This document shows, piece by piece, positions 9,811 through 19,507 of a stretch of DNA of 64,000 nucleotides. Origin of the DNA: an uncultured bacterium. Its GTDB lineage: Bacteria > Chloroflexota > UBA5177 > JANWHV01. The stretch spans positions 288,001-352,000 of the forward strand of contig CAVSOU010000011.1 in NCBI GenBank assembly GCA_963729625.1, read 5' to 3'. The translations under genes and the position numbers were made by a program. Below the pieces are notes generated by a model. That model ran no database searches and was not told the DNA's origin. It saw only the letters and a list, made by a program, of their open reading frames with translations. The first letter of the stretch is position 1, and every line of letters starts with the position of its first letter.

Positions 9811-12222
9811 ATGGAGACAACAACGCTTTCCCCGGAGACGAAGAACAGCATGACGAAGACACACACACTTTCCCCGGAGCTGCTCGGCCGGATGGATGCC
9901 TACTGGCGCGCCGCCAACTATCTCTCGGTCGGCCAGATTTATCTCTACGACAACCCCTTGCTCAAACAGCCGCTGCAACTCTCGCACGTGAAGCCGCTGG
10001 TAGTCGGACACTGGGGCACAACGCCGGGCCAGAACTTCATCTGAGTGCATTTGAACCGGGTGATCAAGAAGTATGACCTGGACATGTTCTACATCGCCGG
10101 GCCCGGACACGGCGGCCCGGCATTGGTGGGAAACACGTACCTCGAGGGCACCTATTCCGAGGTCTACCCGAACATCAGCCAGGATGAAGCCGGGCTGAAG
10201 AAGCTGTTCTGGCAATTCTCGTTTCCCGGCGGCATCTCCAGCCATGTGGCGCCGACGACGCCGGGGTCGATTCACGAAGGTGGCGAGCTGGGCTACTCGC
10301 TCAGCCACGCTTTCGGGGCCGCGTTCGACAATCGCGACCTGATCGTGGCCTGCGTTATCGGCGACGGTGAAGCGGAAACAGGTCCCCTGGCTACCGCCTG
10401 GCAGTCCACTAAATTCCTCAACCCCATGGCCGACGGCGCCGTGCTGCCGATCCTGCACCTCAACGGCTACAAGATCAGCAATCCAACCGTCCTGGCCCGC
10501 GTCGAACATGAGGAATTGGACCAGTTTCTCCGCGGCTGCGGCTGGATGCCGTACTTCGTGGAAGGCGATGAGCCGGACGCGATGCATGAACTGATGGCCA
10601 CCACGCTGGACACGGCCATCGAGCAGATTCGCCACATCCAAGAGCATGCGCGGGATACTCACGACGGCACGCGGCCGCGCTGGCCCATGATCGTGCTGCG
10701 CTCGCCCAAGGGCTGGACGGGACCGAAGGTCGTCGACGGCCTGCAGATCGAGGGCACCTTCCGATCGCACCAGGTGCCGCTGATCGTGGATGCCGAGCAT
10801 CCCGATCATCTCCAGCAGCTGGAAAGCTGGATGAAGAGCTACAAACCGGAAGAACTCTTCGATGCGGATGGCCGGCTGCGGCCCGAATTGGCCGCGCTGG
10901 CGCCCACGGGCGAGCGGCGCATGGGTGCCAATCCGCACACCAACGGCGGCATGCTGCTGCGCGACCTGCGCATGCCGGACTTCCACGTCCACGCGGTACA
11001 GGTGCCCTCTCCCGGCGCTGTGGACGGCCAGGATACGCTCGTGCTGGGCACGTTCCTGCGTGACGTGGCCAAGCTCAACCAGGATCAGCGCAACTTCCGC
11101 GTCTTCGGTCCCGACGAGACGCTCTCCAATCTCCTGGGCGCGGTCTTTGAGGTCACCAATCGCCAGTGGGACGCCCGGGAAGTACCGAACGACGAGTTTC
11201 TGGCGCCGGATGGACGCGTGCTGGACTCCATGCTCAGCGAGCACCAGTGCGAGGGCTGGCTGGAAGGCTATCTGCTCACCGGACGGCACGGACTGTTCAA
11301 CAGCTACGAGGCCTTTATTCGCATCGTCGACTCCATGTTCAGCCAGCATGCCAAGTGGCTGAAGGTCACCGCGCAGCTGCCGTGGCGGCGGCCGATCGCC
11401 TCGCTGAATTATCTGCTTGCCTCCCACGTCTGGCAGCAAGATCACAACGGCTTCACGCACCAGGACCCCGGCTTCCTCGACCACGTGGTCAACAAGAAGG
11501 CCGGCATCGTGCGTGTGTACCTGCCGCCCGATGCCAACTGCCTGCTCTCGGTCTTCGATCACTGCCTGCGCAGCCGGCACTACGTCAACGTGGTGGTAGC
11601 GGGCAAGCACGCCTTGCCGCAGTGGCTATCCATGGACGCGGCGGTCGTACATTGCACCGAAGGCATCGGTATCTGGCAATGGGCCAGCAACGACCAGGGC
11701 TCTGAGCCGGACGTGGTGATGGCCTGCTGCGGCGACACGCCCACGCTGGAGATCCTGGCCGCCGTGTCCATCCTGCGCACGCATCTGTCCAACCTGAAGA
11801 TCCGGGTGATCAACGTGGTCGATCTGATGAAGCTGCAGTCCGCAAGCGAGCATCCGCACGGATTGAACGACGCCGACTACGACTCCCTCTTTACCACGGA
11901 CAAGCACATCATCTTCGGCTTCCATGGCTACCCCTGGCTGATCCACCGGCTGACCTACCGCCGGACCAACCGCAACCTGCATGTCCGGGGATACATCGAA
12001 GAGGGCACGATCACCACGGCCTTCGACATGCGCGTGCAGAACGACCTGGACCGCTTCCACCTGGTGCAAGATGTGGTCGACCGCCTGCCGCACTTGGGCG
12101 CCAAGGGGTCGTACCTGAAGCAGCAGATGCAGGACAAGCTGATCGAGCACAAGCAATACATCGACCAACATGGCCAGGACATGCCGGAAATCCGGAACTG
12201 GAAGTGGGGCAATCCGCAATGA
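9811..12222 (+). pseudogene. xfp: Phosphoketolase interrupted by one in-frame TGA (10042-10044)
   Basis: [73 protein letters not shown]; both ORF halves share one frame. Confidence 0.85.
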
Positions 12223-13268
12223 ACAAGCAAGAGCTGATGGCAACCGCGCAGGCGCTCGTCGCCGAGGACAAGGGCCTGCTGGCAATAGATGAAAGTCTGT
12301 CGACCTGCAACAAGCGCTTTGCCGGGTTGGGAATCCCCCAGACCGAGGAGGCACGGCGCGCCTATCGAGAGTTGCTGGTCACCACACCCGGCCTGGGCGA
12401 ATGCATCAGCGGCGTGATCCTGTTCGATGAGACGATCCGCCAGGAGACGAGAGACGGCACCCCGTTTCTCAGGGTGCTGAGCGCGGCGGGCATCATGCCC
12501 GGGATCAAAGTAGACACCGGTGCGAAGGACCTGGCGGGGCATCCGGGAGAGAAAGTCACCGAGGGTCTGGACGGGTTGCGAGACCGCCTGGCCGAGTACG
12601 CGCGGATAGACGCTCGCTTTGCCAAGTGGCGTGCGGTGCTTGCCGTGGCCGATGGCCTGCCCAGCCGGGCGTGCATCGAAGCCAATGCGCACGCCTTGGC
12701 GCGCTACGCCGCGCTGTGCCAGGAAGAGGGGCTGGTGCCCGTGGTCGAGCCGGAAGTGCTGATGGACGGCGAGCATACCCTGGAGCGGTGCAGCGAGGTT
12801 ACGGAGGAAGTGCTGCGTACCCTGTTTCACGAGCTGTATACGCAGCGGGTGCTGCTGGAAGGCCTGATCCTGAAGCCCAACATGGTGCTTTCGGGACTGT
12901 CCTGCCCCGAGCAGGCGCCGGTAGACGAGGCGGCCGATGCCACGGTGCGTTGTCTGTTGCGAGCCGTCCCCGCAGCCGTGCCGGGGATTGCGTTCCTGTC
13001 GGGCGGCCAATCACCTGAGCTGGCCTCGGCTCGCCTGAATGCCATGAGCGTCAGACTCACGTCGAGACTGCCATGGGCGCTGGCGTTCTCATTTGGCCGC
13101 GCCATCCAGCAACCGGCCTTGGAGATATGGCACGGCGAGGAAGCTAACGCCGCGGCGGCCCAGCAGGCGCTGTGGCATCGAGCCCGCTGCAACCAGGCCG
13201 CGCGTCGCGGCGAGTACACAGCCGAGATGGAGACGGCAGGAGCTGGGCTCCAGACCGCGGCACCGTGA
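12219..13268 (+). CDS. Class I fructose-bisphosphate aldolase
   Basis: [49 protein letters not shown]; ATGA overlap with the xfp stop. Confidence 0.95.
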   Translation: MNKQELMATAQALVAEDKGLLAIDESLSTCNKRFAGLGIPQTEEARRAYRELLVTTPGLGECISGVILFDETIRQETRDGTPFLRVLSAAGIMPGIKVDTGAKDLAGHPGEKVTEGLDGLRDRLAEYARIDARFAKWRAVLAVADGLPSRACIEANAHALARYAALCQEEGLVPVVEPEVLMDGEHTLERCSEVTEEVLRTLFHELYTQRVLLEGLILKPNMVLSGLSCPEQAPVDEAADATVRCLLRAVPAAVPGIAFLSGGQSPELASARLNAMSVRLTSRLPWALAFSFGRAIQQPALEIWHGEEANAAAAQQALWHRARCNQAARRGEYTAEMETAGAGLQTAAP

Positions 13269-14257
13269 GTCATATACCGCTCTACCCTCTGACATTCGAA
13301 CCGATCTATCAGTATCGGCTGTGGGGCGGCAGGCGGCTGGCCGACCTGCTCGACGCACCGCTGCCCGGAGATGGCCCGATCGGCGAAGCATGGCTGCTCA
13401 GCGACCGCAACGACCACCAGAGCCGCGTTGCCAATGGACCGCTCCAAGGATTGACCTTCGGGCACGTGCTGGAGCAGTACCCGGAACAGCTGATGGGAAA
13501 CCTGGCCGGACGCTTCCGCCGCTTCCCGTTGCTGCTGAAGTTCCTCGATGTGCATGAAACACTCTCGGTCCAGGTGCATCCCTCGGATGCGCAGACGGCG
13601 TTGTTGCCTGATGGCGAGAGCGGCAAGACCGAAGCATGGGTCGTGCTGGAAGCGGGGACGGAAAGCCGCGTCTATGCGGGCCTCAGGCCGGGCACCACCG
13701 CGGACGAACTGCGGCAGGCACTGGCGAAGGGGGCGGTGGCGGACCACCTTGTGTGCTTCACGCCGAAACCAGGTGACGGTGTGTTTATCCCGGCTGGAAC
13801 GGTGCACGCGCTGGGTGGCGATATCGTGGTATTCGAGATTCAAGAAAACAGCGACGTCACCTTTCGTCTGTATGACTGGAACCATGTCGATGCCAAGACC
13901 GGCCAGCCGCGGGCGCTGCAGGTCGAACAGGCGCTTGCCTGCATCGATTTTGCCGGTAGCACGGCCTGTCTGGTGGCGCCCCTGATGGAAGCGACGATGC
14001 CGGTGCGGCGCGAGCGACTCTTTCAGAGTGCACAGTTCCGGCTATGGCGCCTGCGCGGGCAGTCGCTGTTCAGCGTCGGCGCTGCCGGCGTGCCGCGCGT
14101 ACTGGTGTGCGTCGACGGCGCGGGGCAGCTGGAACACGGCGGCACCACCTGTGTCGTGGAAAAAGGCGATGTCGTGCTGGTGCCGGCGGTGGCCGGCGTG
14201 TGTGCGTTTCGGCCGCGCGGTGAGGTGAACGTGCTGGAAATCGCGCTGCCGAAGTAG
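13265..14257 (+). CDS. manA: Mannose-6-phosphate isomerase, class I
   Basis: LWGG, GEAW, FPLLLKFLD..LSVQVHP, GKTEAW, PAGTVHA, EIQENSDVTFRLYDW; GTGA overlap. Confidence 0.9.
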   Translation: MSHIPLYPLTFEPIYQYRLWGGRRLADLLDAPLPGDGPIGEAWLLSDRNDHQSRVANGPLQGLTFGHVLEQYPEQLMGNLAGRFRRFPLLLKFLDVHETLSVQVHPSDAQTALLPDGESGKTEAWVVLEAGTESRVYAGLRPGTTADELRQALAKGAVADHLVCFTPKPGDGVFIPAGTVHALGGDIVVFEIQENSDVTFRLYDWNHVDAKTGQPRALQVEQALACIDFAGSTACLVAPLMEATMPVRRERLFQSAQFRLWRLRGQSLFSVGAAGVPRVLVCVDGAGQLEHGGTTCVVEKGDVVLVPAVAGVCAFRPRGEVNVLEIALPK

Positions 14258-14337
14258 GGTAGGACCGACATTGGCGGGATGGCCGGCAGGGGCGGACACG
14301 ATACGAGCGATCGCGAGAACGGAGAGGTGGAAGAGTA

Positions 14338-15096
14338 GTGAAGAAACTCATCGTCTTTGATCTGGACGGTACGCTTGCCGACAGCAAGTCGGCACTTGAC
14401 GCCGAGATGTCGACACTGTTGCACGACCTGCTCGGCATCGTCCACGTGGCCGTGATCTCCGGCGGTGATTGGCCGCAGTTTGAAAAGCAAGTGCTCGCCA
14501 ACCTCCCCCATGACGAACGCCTGGTAAAGCTCTCCCTTCTTCCGACCTGTGGCACGAAGTTCTATGAGTATACGGGGGAGTGGAAGCAGATCTATGCGGG
14601 GAACTTCACCGCGCAGGAAAAGGAGCGCATCGTCAGCGCGCTCGACAAGGCCGTCGAGGTAGCCGGTCTGAAGGTGGACAAGGTCTGGGGCGAGGTCATT
14701 GAGGACCGGGGCAGCCAGATCACCTTCTCCGCCCTGGGTCAGCAGGCTCCCTTGGAAGAGAAGGACAGATGGGACCCCGACTACGCCAAGCGGAAGCAAA
14801 TCAAAGCAATCCTCGACACGCTCATTCCCGAGTTCTCGGTCCGCATGGGAGGCGCGACCTCCATTGATGTGACCAAGCCCGGTATCGACAAAGCCTACGG
14901 TGTCAGAAAGCTACGGGACGTCCTGGGCATTTCGTTGCACGAGATGATCTTCATCGGCGATGCCTTGTTCCCTGGAGGGAACGACTATCCGGCTGAAGAA
15001 GCAGGCGTTGTTTCCATCCCTGTGAAGGGTCCCGATGAAACGAAGCGGGTGATCGAGGCGATCATCGCCTGTCTGGATGGCGAGCAGCGGACGTGA
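14338..15096 (+). CDS. HAD-IIB phosphomannomutase-like hydrolase
   Basis: FDLDGTLA, ISGG, IEDRGSQITFSALGQ, GGATSIDVT, FIGDALFPGGND. Confidence 0.85.
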   Translation: MKKLIVFDLDGTLADSKSALDAEMSTLLHDLLGIVHVAVISGGDWPQFEKQVLANLPHDERLVKLSLLPTCGTKFYEYTGEWKQIYAGNFTAQEKERIVSALDKAVEVAGLKVDKVWGEVIEDRGSQITFSALGQQAPLEEKDRWDPDYAKRKQIKAILDTLIPEFSVRMGGATSIDVTKPGIDKAYGVRKLRDVLGISLHEMIFIGDALFPGGNDYPAEEAGVVSIPVKGPDETKRVIEAIIACLDGEQRT

Positions 15097-15113
15097 GCGA
15101 GTGGGGTGATGTG

Positions 15114-16220
15114 ATGAACGGATTCACGTTGCAGCGCCTGGGACTGGTGATGGAGCCGGAGCCGGGCAATCCCCAGGAGGTCGAGGGTGTCCTGAATCCG
15201 GCCGCCGTTCGTGGCCCCGATGGCAACCTGTACCTGTTTCCACGACTCGTGGCACGGGGCAACTACTCGCGCATCGGCATCGCCCGCGTGCTCTTCAACC
15301 AGGCCGGCGACCCAGTGGGCGTGGAGCGCCTCGGCATTGCGCTTGAGCCCGAAGCCGAATACGAGCGGCGGCCCGACGGCGGCGGGTGCGAGGATCCACG
15401 CATCACATTCGTGGAACCGCTCCAGCGCTACGTGATGACCTATGCGGCACTCTCGCCCATCGGCCCACGGATAGCCCTGGCCATCTCGGAGGACTTGTTC
15501 CACTGGACGCGACTGGGACTGGCGACCTTCGCTGCCTATCGCGGCATCGATTTCGTGTATGTGGACAACAAGGATGCCAGCCTCTTCCCGGTCGCCATCG
15601 CCAATCACGCCGGCAAACTGCAGCTTGCCATGCTCCATCGACCGCTGTTCCCCGGCACACGTCCCGAGGAAACTGCCCGCCATGCGGCTTCCCGGTTGGT
15701 GGATCTGGATCGTGAGAGCATCTGGATCTCCTACTGCCCGATGGCGCTGCCAGGCCGCCCATCGCCGCACCTCGGCCTCTTGAATTCGCATCACCGGCTA
15801 GCCGCCCCGGTAGCGCCCTGGGAGCGGCTCAAAATCGGTGGCGGCACGCCACCTATGCTCACCCGGCACGGCTGGCTGATCCTCTACCACGGCGTAAGCG
15901 CACTGGCGGAGCAGGGAAGCGACACACATCAGCTTTGCTACTCGGCCGGGGTGATGGTGCTCGCGACGGAGCATCCGCGGCTGATCCGCTATCGTTCGGC
16001 GGAGCCGGTGTTGAGCCCGGTATTGCCGGGAGAACGTAGCGGGACCGTTGCCAACGTCGTGTTCCCCACCGGTATCGACCGGCGCGACGATCTCGGCACG
16101 CCGGACCGCTTTGACGTCTACTATGGGATGGCCGACGACCGGATTGGCGTGGCGCGCCTGGACGTGCCGGAGTTCCTGCCGCCGGGAGGTGTCGCCAACC
16201 CGCCGGAAACAGTGAAGTAA
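15114..16220 (+). CDS. GH130-family glycosidase/mannoside phosphorylase
   Basis: GVLNPAA, GCEDPRIT, DNKDA, KIGGGTPP, GWLILYHGV, NVVFPTG, YYGMAD. Confidence 0.85.
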   Translation: MNGFTLQRLGLVMEPEPGNPQEVEGVLNPAAVRGPDGNLYLFPRLVARGNYSRIGIARVLFNQAGDPVGVERLGIALEPEAEYERRPDGGGCEDPRITFVEPLQRYVMTYAALSPIGPRIALAISEDLFHWTRLGLATFAAYRGIDFVYVDNKDASLFPVAIANHAGKLQLAMLHRPLFPGTRPEETARHAASRLVDLDRESIWISYCPMALPGRPSPHLGLLNSHHRLAAPVAPWERLKIGGGTPPMLTRHGWLILYHGVSALAEQGSDTHQLCYSAGVMVLATEHPRLIRYRSAEPVLSPVLPGERSGTVANVVFPTGIDRRDDLGTPDRFDVYYGMADDRIGVARLDVPEFLPPGGVANPPETVK

Positions 16221-16345
16221 GGTGTCTGATGCCGGGAGTGCAACAGCATGCATGAAACGTCTTCGCTAGCGCTAGTCCACCGATGGTCCAGGACCCTTCT
16301 GGGCCGAGACTGGCGGGAGGAAACAAGAGCAGGAGGATAGCCACT

Positions 16346-19120
16346 GTGACACCACAGACAGATACAGCGAAAGCACCCGACGCGAAGGCTGCCGATGCCA
16401 AGGCTGCCAATGCGAAGCCCGGGGCCAAGCCGGATGTGAAGGCACCCGATGCGAGAGGCGATCCCACGGCCGAATCGAAGCCGGATGCCAAGGACGATCT
16501 CAAGTCCCTGCCCATGGCGGAGGTGGAGAAACGACTGCAGTCGTCGCCCGACGGCCTCACGCAAGCCGAGGCGCAGAAACGGCTGGCCCAGTATGGACCA
16601 AACGAGATCGAAGAAAAGAAGAGCAATCCGTACTTGAAATTCCTCAGCTACTTTTGGGGTCCCATTCCCTGGATGATCGAAGGGGCAGTGATTCTGTCGG
16701 GCATAGTTCAGCACTGGCCGGACTTCTTCATCATCCTCGTGTTGCTGGTTGCCAACGCCGTGGTCGGATTCTGGGAGGAACGCCAGGCGGGCAGCGCCAT
16801 CGCCGCCCTGAAGGAGAACCTGGCGATCAAGGCCCGCGTGCAACGTGACGGGAAGTGGATCACCCCGGCGGCGCGGGAGCTTGTGCCGGGCGACGTCATC
16901 CGCATGCGCCTGGGCGACATCGTGCCGGCAGATGCGCGGCTGCTGGCCGGTGACCCGGTACAGGTGGATCAGTCCGCACTGACGGGCGAATCGTTGCCGG
17001 CCACGGTCGAATCCGGCGGGGCCGTGTATTCCGGGACGATCATCCGTCAGGGGGAAATTGGGGCCCTGGTCTATGGCACGGGTGCGAACACCTACTTCGG
17101 CAGGACGGCGCAGCTGGTCCAGGATGCGCACACCGTCAGCCACTTTCAGCGCGCGGTGCTGAAGATCGGCAATTACCTGATCATCCTCGCGGTGAGCCTG
17201 GTGGCGTTAATTATTGCCATCTCAATCCTGCGCGGTGACGCCATCCTCACCACCTTGCAGTTCGCCCTGGTGTTGACCGTGGCGGCGATTCCCGTGGCCA
17301 TGCCGACGGTCTTGTCGGTGACGATGGCGGTCGGCGCGCGCCTGCTCGCCAAGAAAAAGGCGATAGTCAGCAAATTGGTGGCCATCGAGGAGTTGGCGGG
17401 CGTGGACGTGCTTTGCACAGACAAGACCGGCACTCTGACTCAGAACAAGCTGACGCTGGGCGACCCGTTCAGCGTGAACGATATCCCGGCCGCGCAGGTG
17501 ATCCTCGCCGGCGCGCTGGCCTCGCGCGCGGACAACGACGACACCATTGACTTGGCGGTACTGGGCGGGGTGAAAGACGATCAGGCACTGAAAGGGTATC
17601 AGGTCGTCCATTTCCAGCCCTTCGACGCGGTGCATAAACGCACGGAGGCCACGGTCAAAGCAGCGGACGGCACGGCGTTCAAGGTGACGAAGGGCGCGCC
17701 GCAGGTGATCCTGGCTCTGTCGGCCAATGCCGGGCACGTGCAGGCCGCCGTGGAGCAGGCGATCGACGACTTCGCGGCGCGCGGCTTTCGTGCCCTGGGC
17801 GTGGCGCGGGCCGAAGGAGACGGTGACTGGCAGTTCCTTGGCGTGTTGCCTCTCTTCGATCCGCCGCGGGACGATGCCGAGGCCACCATCGCGACCGCGC
17901 GCCAGATGGGCGTGCAGGTCAAGATGGTGACCGGCGACGCGCTGGCCATCGCCCAGGAGACCGCCAAGAAACTGGGGATGGGCACCAACATTCTGGATGC
18001 CGGCAGCCTGGGCGACGTCAAGAAGCAGGAGGCCACGGCGGTGGCGGAGTCTATCGAGCAGGCCGATGGGTTCGCCCAGGTGTTCCCCGAACACAAGTTC
18101 CACATCGTGGATGTCCTGCAGAGACAGGGCCACATCGTCGGCATGACGGGCGATGGGGTGAATGACGCCCCCGCGCTCAAGAAGGCCGACTGCGGCATCG
18201 CCGTGTCGGGCGCCACGGACGCGGCGCGGGCGGCGGCGGCCATCGTGCTCACGACGCCCGGCCTGTCGGTGATTGTCGACGCGATCAAAGAGAGCCGCAA
18301 AATCTTCCAGCGGATGAACAGCTATGCGATTTACCGCATCGCCGAGACGCTGCGCGTCCTGCTCTTCATGACGCTGGCCATCCTGATCTTCAACTTCTTC
18401 CCCTTGACGGCCGTGATGATCGTGATGCTGGCGTTGCTCAACGACGGCGCCATCCTGTCCATCGCCTACGACAACGTGCACTACAAGGACCAACCGGAGG
18501 CCTGGAACATGCGCCTGGTGCTGGGCATCGCTACGGTGCTGGGCGTCGTCGGTCCCATCGCCGCCTTTGGCCTCTTCTACCTTGGCGACCGCGTGTTTAA
18601 GCTCGACCATCCTCATCTGCAGACCATGATGTATCTGCTGCTGTCCGTAGCGGGGCATCTGACGATCTTCTTGACGCGCACGCACGGCCCGTTCTGGTCC
18701 ATCCGTCCCGCGCGGATTCTGTTGGTCGCCGTGTGCGGCACGCAGACGCTGGCGACGCTGATGGCGGTGTATGGGCTGGGGATCATGACGCCCCTCGGCT
18801 GGGGTTGGGCGCTGGTTGTTTGGGGCTATGCACTGGTGTGGTTCCTGGTGAGCGACCGGGTGAAGCTGCTCGCGTATCGCTTCTTTGATCCGGCCAAGAT
18901 CAAGACACCGATCGATGCGACACCGCGGCTCGCCATGACACCGTCCGATTTGGGACCGCGGATCGCCAAGGGTGCCTATGCCCTGTATGAGCAGCACGGC
19001 CGCCACGACGGCCACGCAGCAGAGGACTGGCTGCAGGCGGAGCAGAAGGTCATGAACGGCGACGCCACAAAAGAGGCCGTTGGGGGCCGCACGGCGGCAG
19101 GTCAGAAGGACGGAAGATGA
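16346..19120 (+). CDS. P-type IIIA plasma-membrane proton-efflux ATPase with Ala/Lys/Pro N-terminal repeats and C-terminal DUF2934-like tail
   Basis: FWGPIPWMIE, LTGES, IPVAMPTVLS, DKTGTLT, KGAP, TGDGVNDAPALK, LLNDG; tail RIAKGAYALYEQHGRHDGHAAEDWLQAE; GTG start after AGGAGG. Confidence 0.92.
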   Translation: MTPQTDTAKAPDAKAADAKAANAKPGAKPDVKAPDARGDPTAESKPDAKDDLKSLPMAEVEKRLQSSPDGLTQAEAQKRLAQYGPNEIEEKKSNPYLKFLSYFWGPIPWMIEGAVILSGIVQHWPDFFIILVLLVANAVVGFWEERQAGSAIAALKENLAIKARVQRDGKWITPAARELVPGDVIRMRLGDIVPADARLLAGDPVQVDQSALTGESLPATVESGGAVYSGTIIRQGEIGALVYGTGANTYFGRTAQLVQDAHTVSHFQRAVLKIGNYLIILAVSLVALIIAISILRGDAILTTLQFALVLTVAAIPVAMPTVLSVTMAVGARLLAKKKAIVSKLVAIEELAGVDVLCTDKTGTLTQNKLTLGDPFSVNDIPAAQVILAGALASRADNDDTIDLAVLGGVKDDQALKGYQVVHFQPFDAVHKRTEATVKAADGTAFKVTKGAPQVILALSANAGHVQAAVEQAIDDFAARGFRALGVARAEGDGDWQFLGVLPLFDPPRDDAEATIATARQMGVQVKMVTGDALAIAQETAKKLGMGTNILDAGSLGDVKKQEATAVAESIEQADGFAQVFPEHKFHIVDVLQRQGHIVGMTGDGVNDAPALKKADCGIAVSGATDAARAAAAIVLTTPGLSVIVDAIKESRKIFQRMNSYAIYRIAETLRVLLFMTLAILIFNFFPLTAVMIVMLALLNDGAILSIAYDNVHYKDQPEAWNMRLVLGIATVLGVVGPIAAFGLFYLGDRVFKLDHPHLQTMMYLLLSVAGHLTIFLTRTHGPFWSIRPARILLVAVCGTQTLATLMAVYGLGIMTPLGWGWALVVWGYALVWFLVSDRVKLLAYRFFDPAKIKTPIDATPRLAMTPSDLGPRIAKGAYALYEQHGRHDGHAAEDWLQAEQKVMNGDATKEAVGGRTAAGQKDGR

Positions 19121-19266
19121 AAATCAAATCAAAGGACTTCTGTGTAAAGCCCGGAGAAGCGGTCAAGCTCGAAGAGCGACCGACCAACGTGCAGTCCCTT
19201 TACGAGTGGAAAAAGCAGTATCAGACACTCCTGAGAGCTGTAACAGCTGTGAAGGCACAAGCATGA
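19117..19266 (+). pseudogene. 49-codon N-terminal stub of a PPK2-family polyphosphate kinase
   Basis: MKIKSKDFCVKPGEAVKLEERPTNVQSLYEWKKQYQTLL resembles PPK2 N-termini from memory; ATGA overlaps at both ends. Confidence 0.55.
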
Positions 19267-19342
19267 GCCACCAGACACGTGTCAGCCACCCGATTTACAA
19301 CCTGCTTCCCAGCGAGATCAAAGGGCTCGAGTCCCTGGCAGC
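19263..19342 (+). pseudogene. N-terminal stub of an alpha-glucan phosphorylase
   Basis: MSHQTRVSHPIYNLLPSEIKGLESLA resembles the N-terminus of xfp-island phosphorylases; the expected ELALD..WSW continuation is absent. Confidence 0.55.
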
Positions 19343-19507
19343 AAATGACGCCCTGGCATGTCGTCCGCGCGAGTCGCGACTTCCGTCACCCGACGCCCCA
19401 GCCGCCGTACCGAGCGCTCGCCCAGGTGCGCTCAGCCCGTTTCCTCCAGGGGCCCCGCGTGATCCAGGCTAAAGGCCTCGGCTCCAGGTGGCGGCGTCCC
19501 GGCAGTG

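Noticed and set aside
10042-10081. Selenocysteine or genome-wide TGA recoding
   Set aside because: The aligned residue is aromatic rather than Cys, the hairpin is weak, and TGA ends many neighbouring genes normally.
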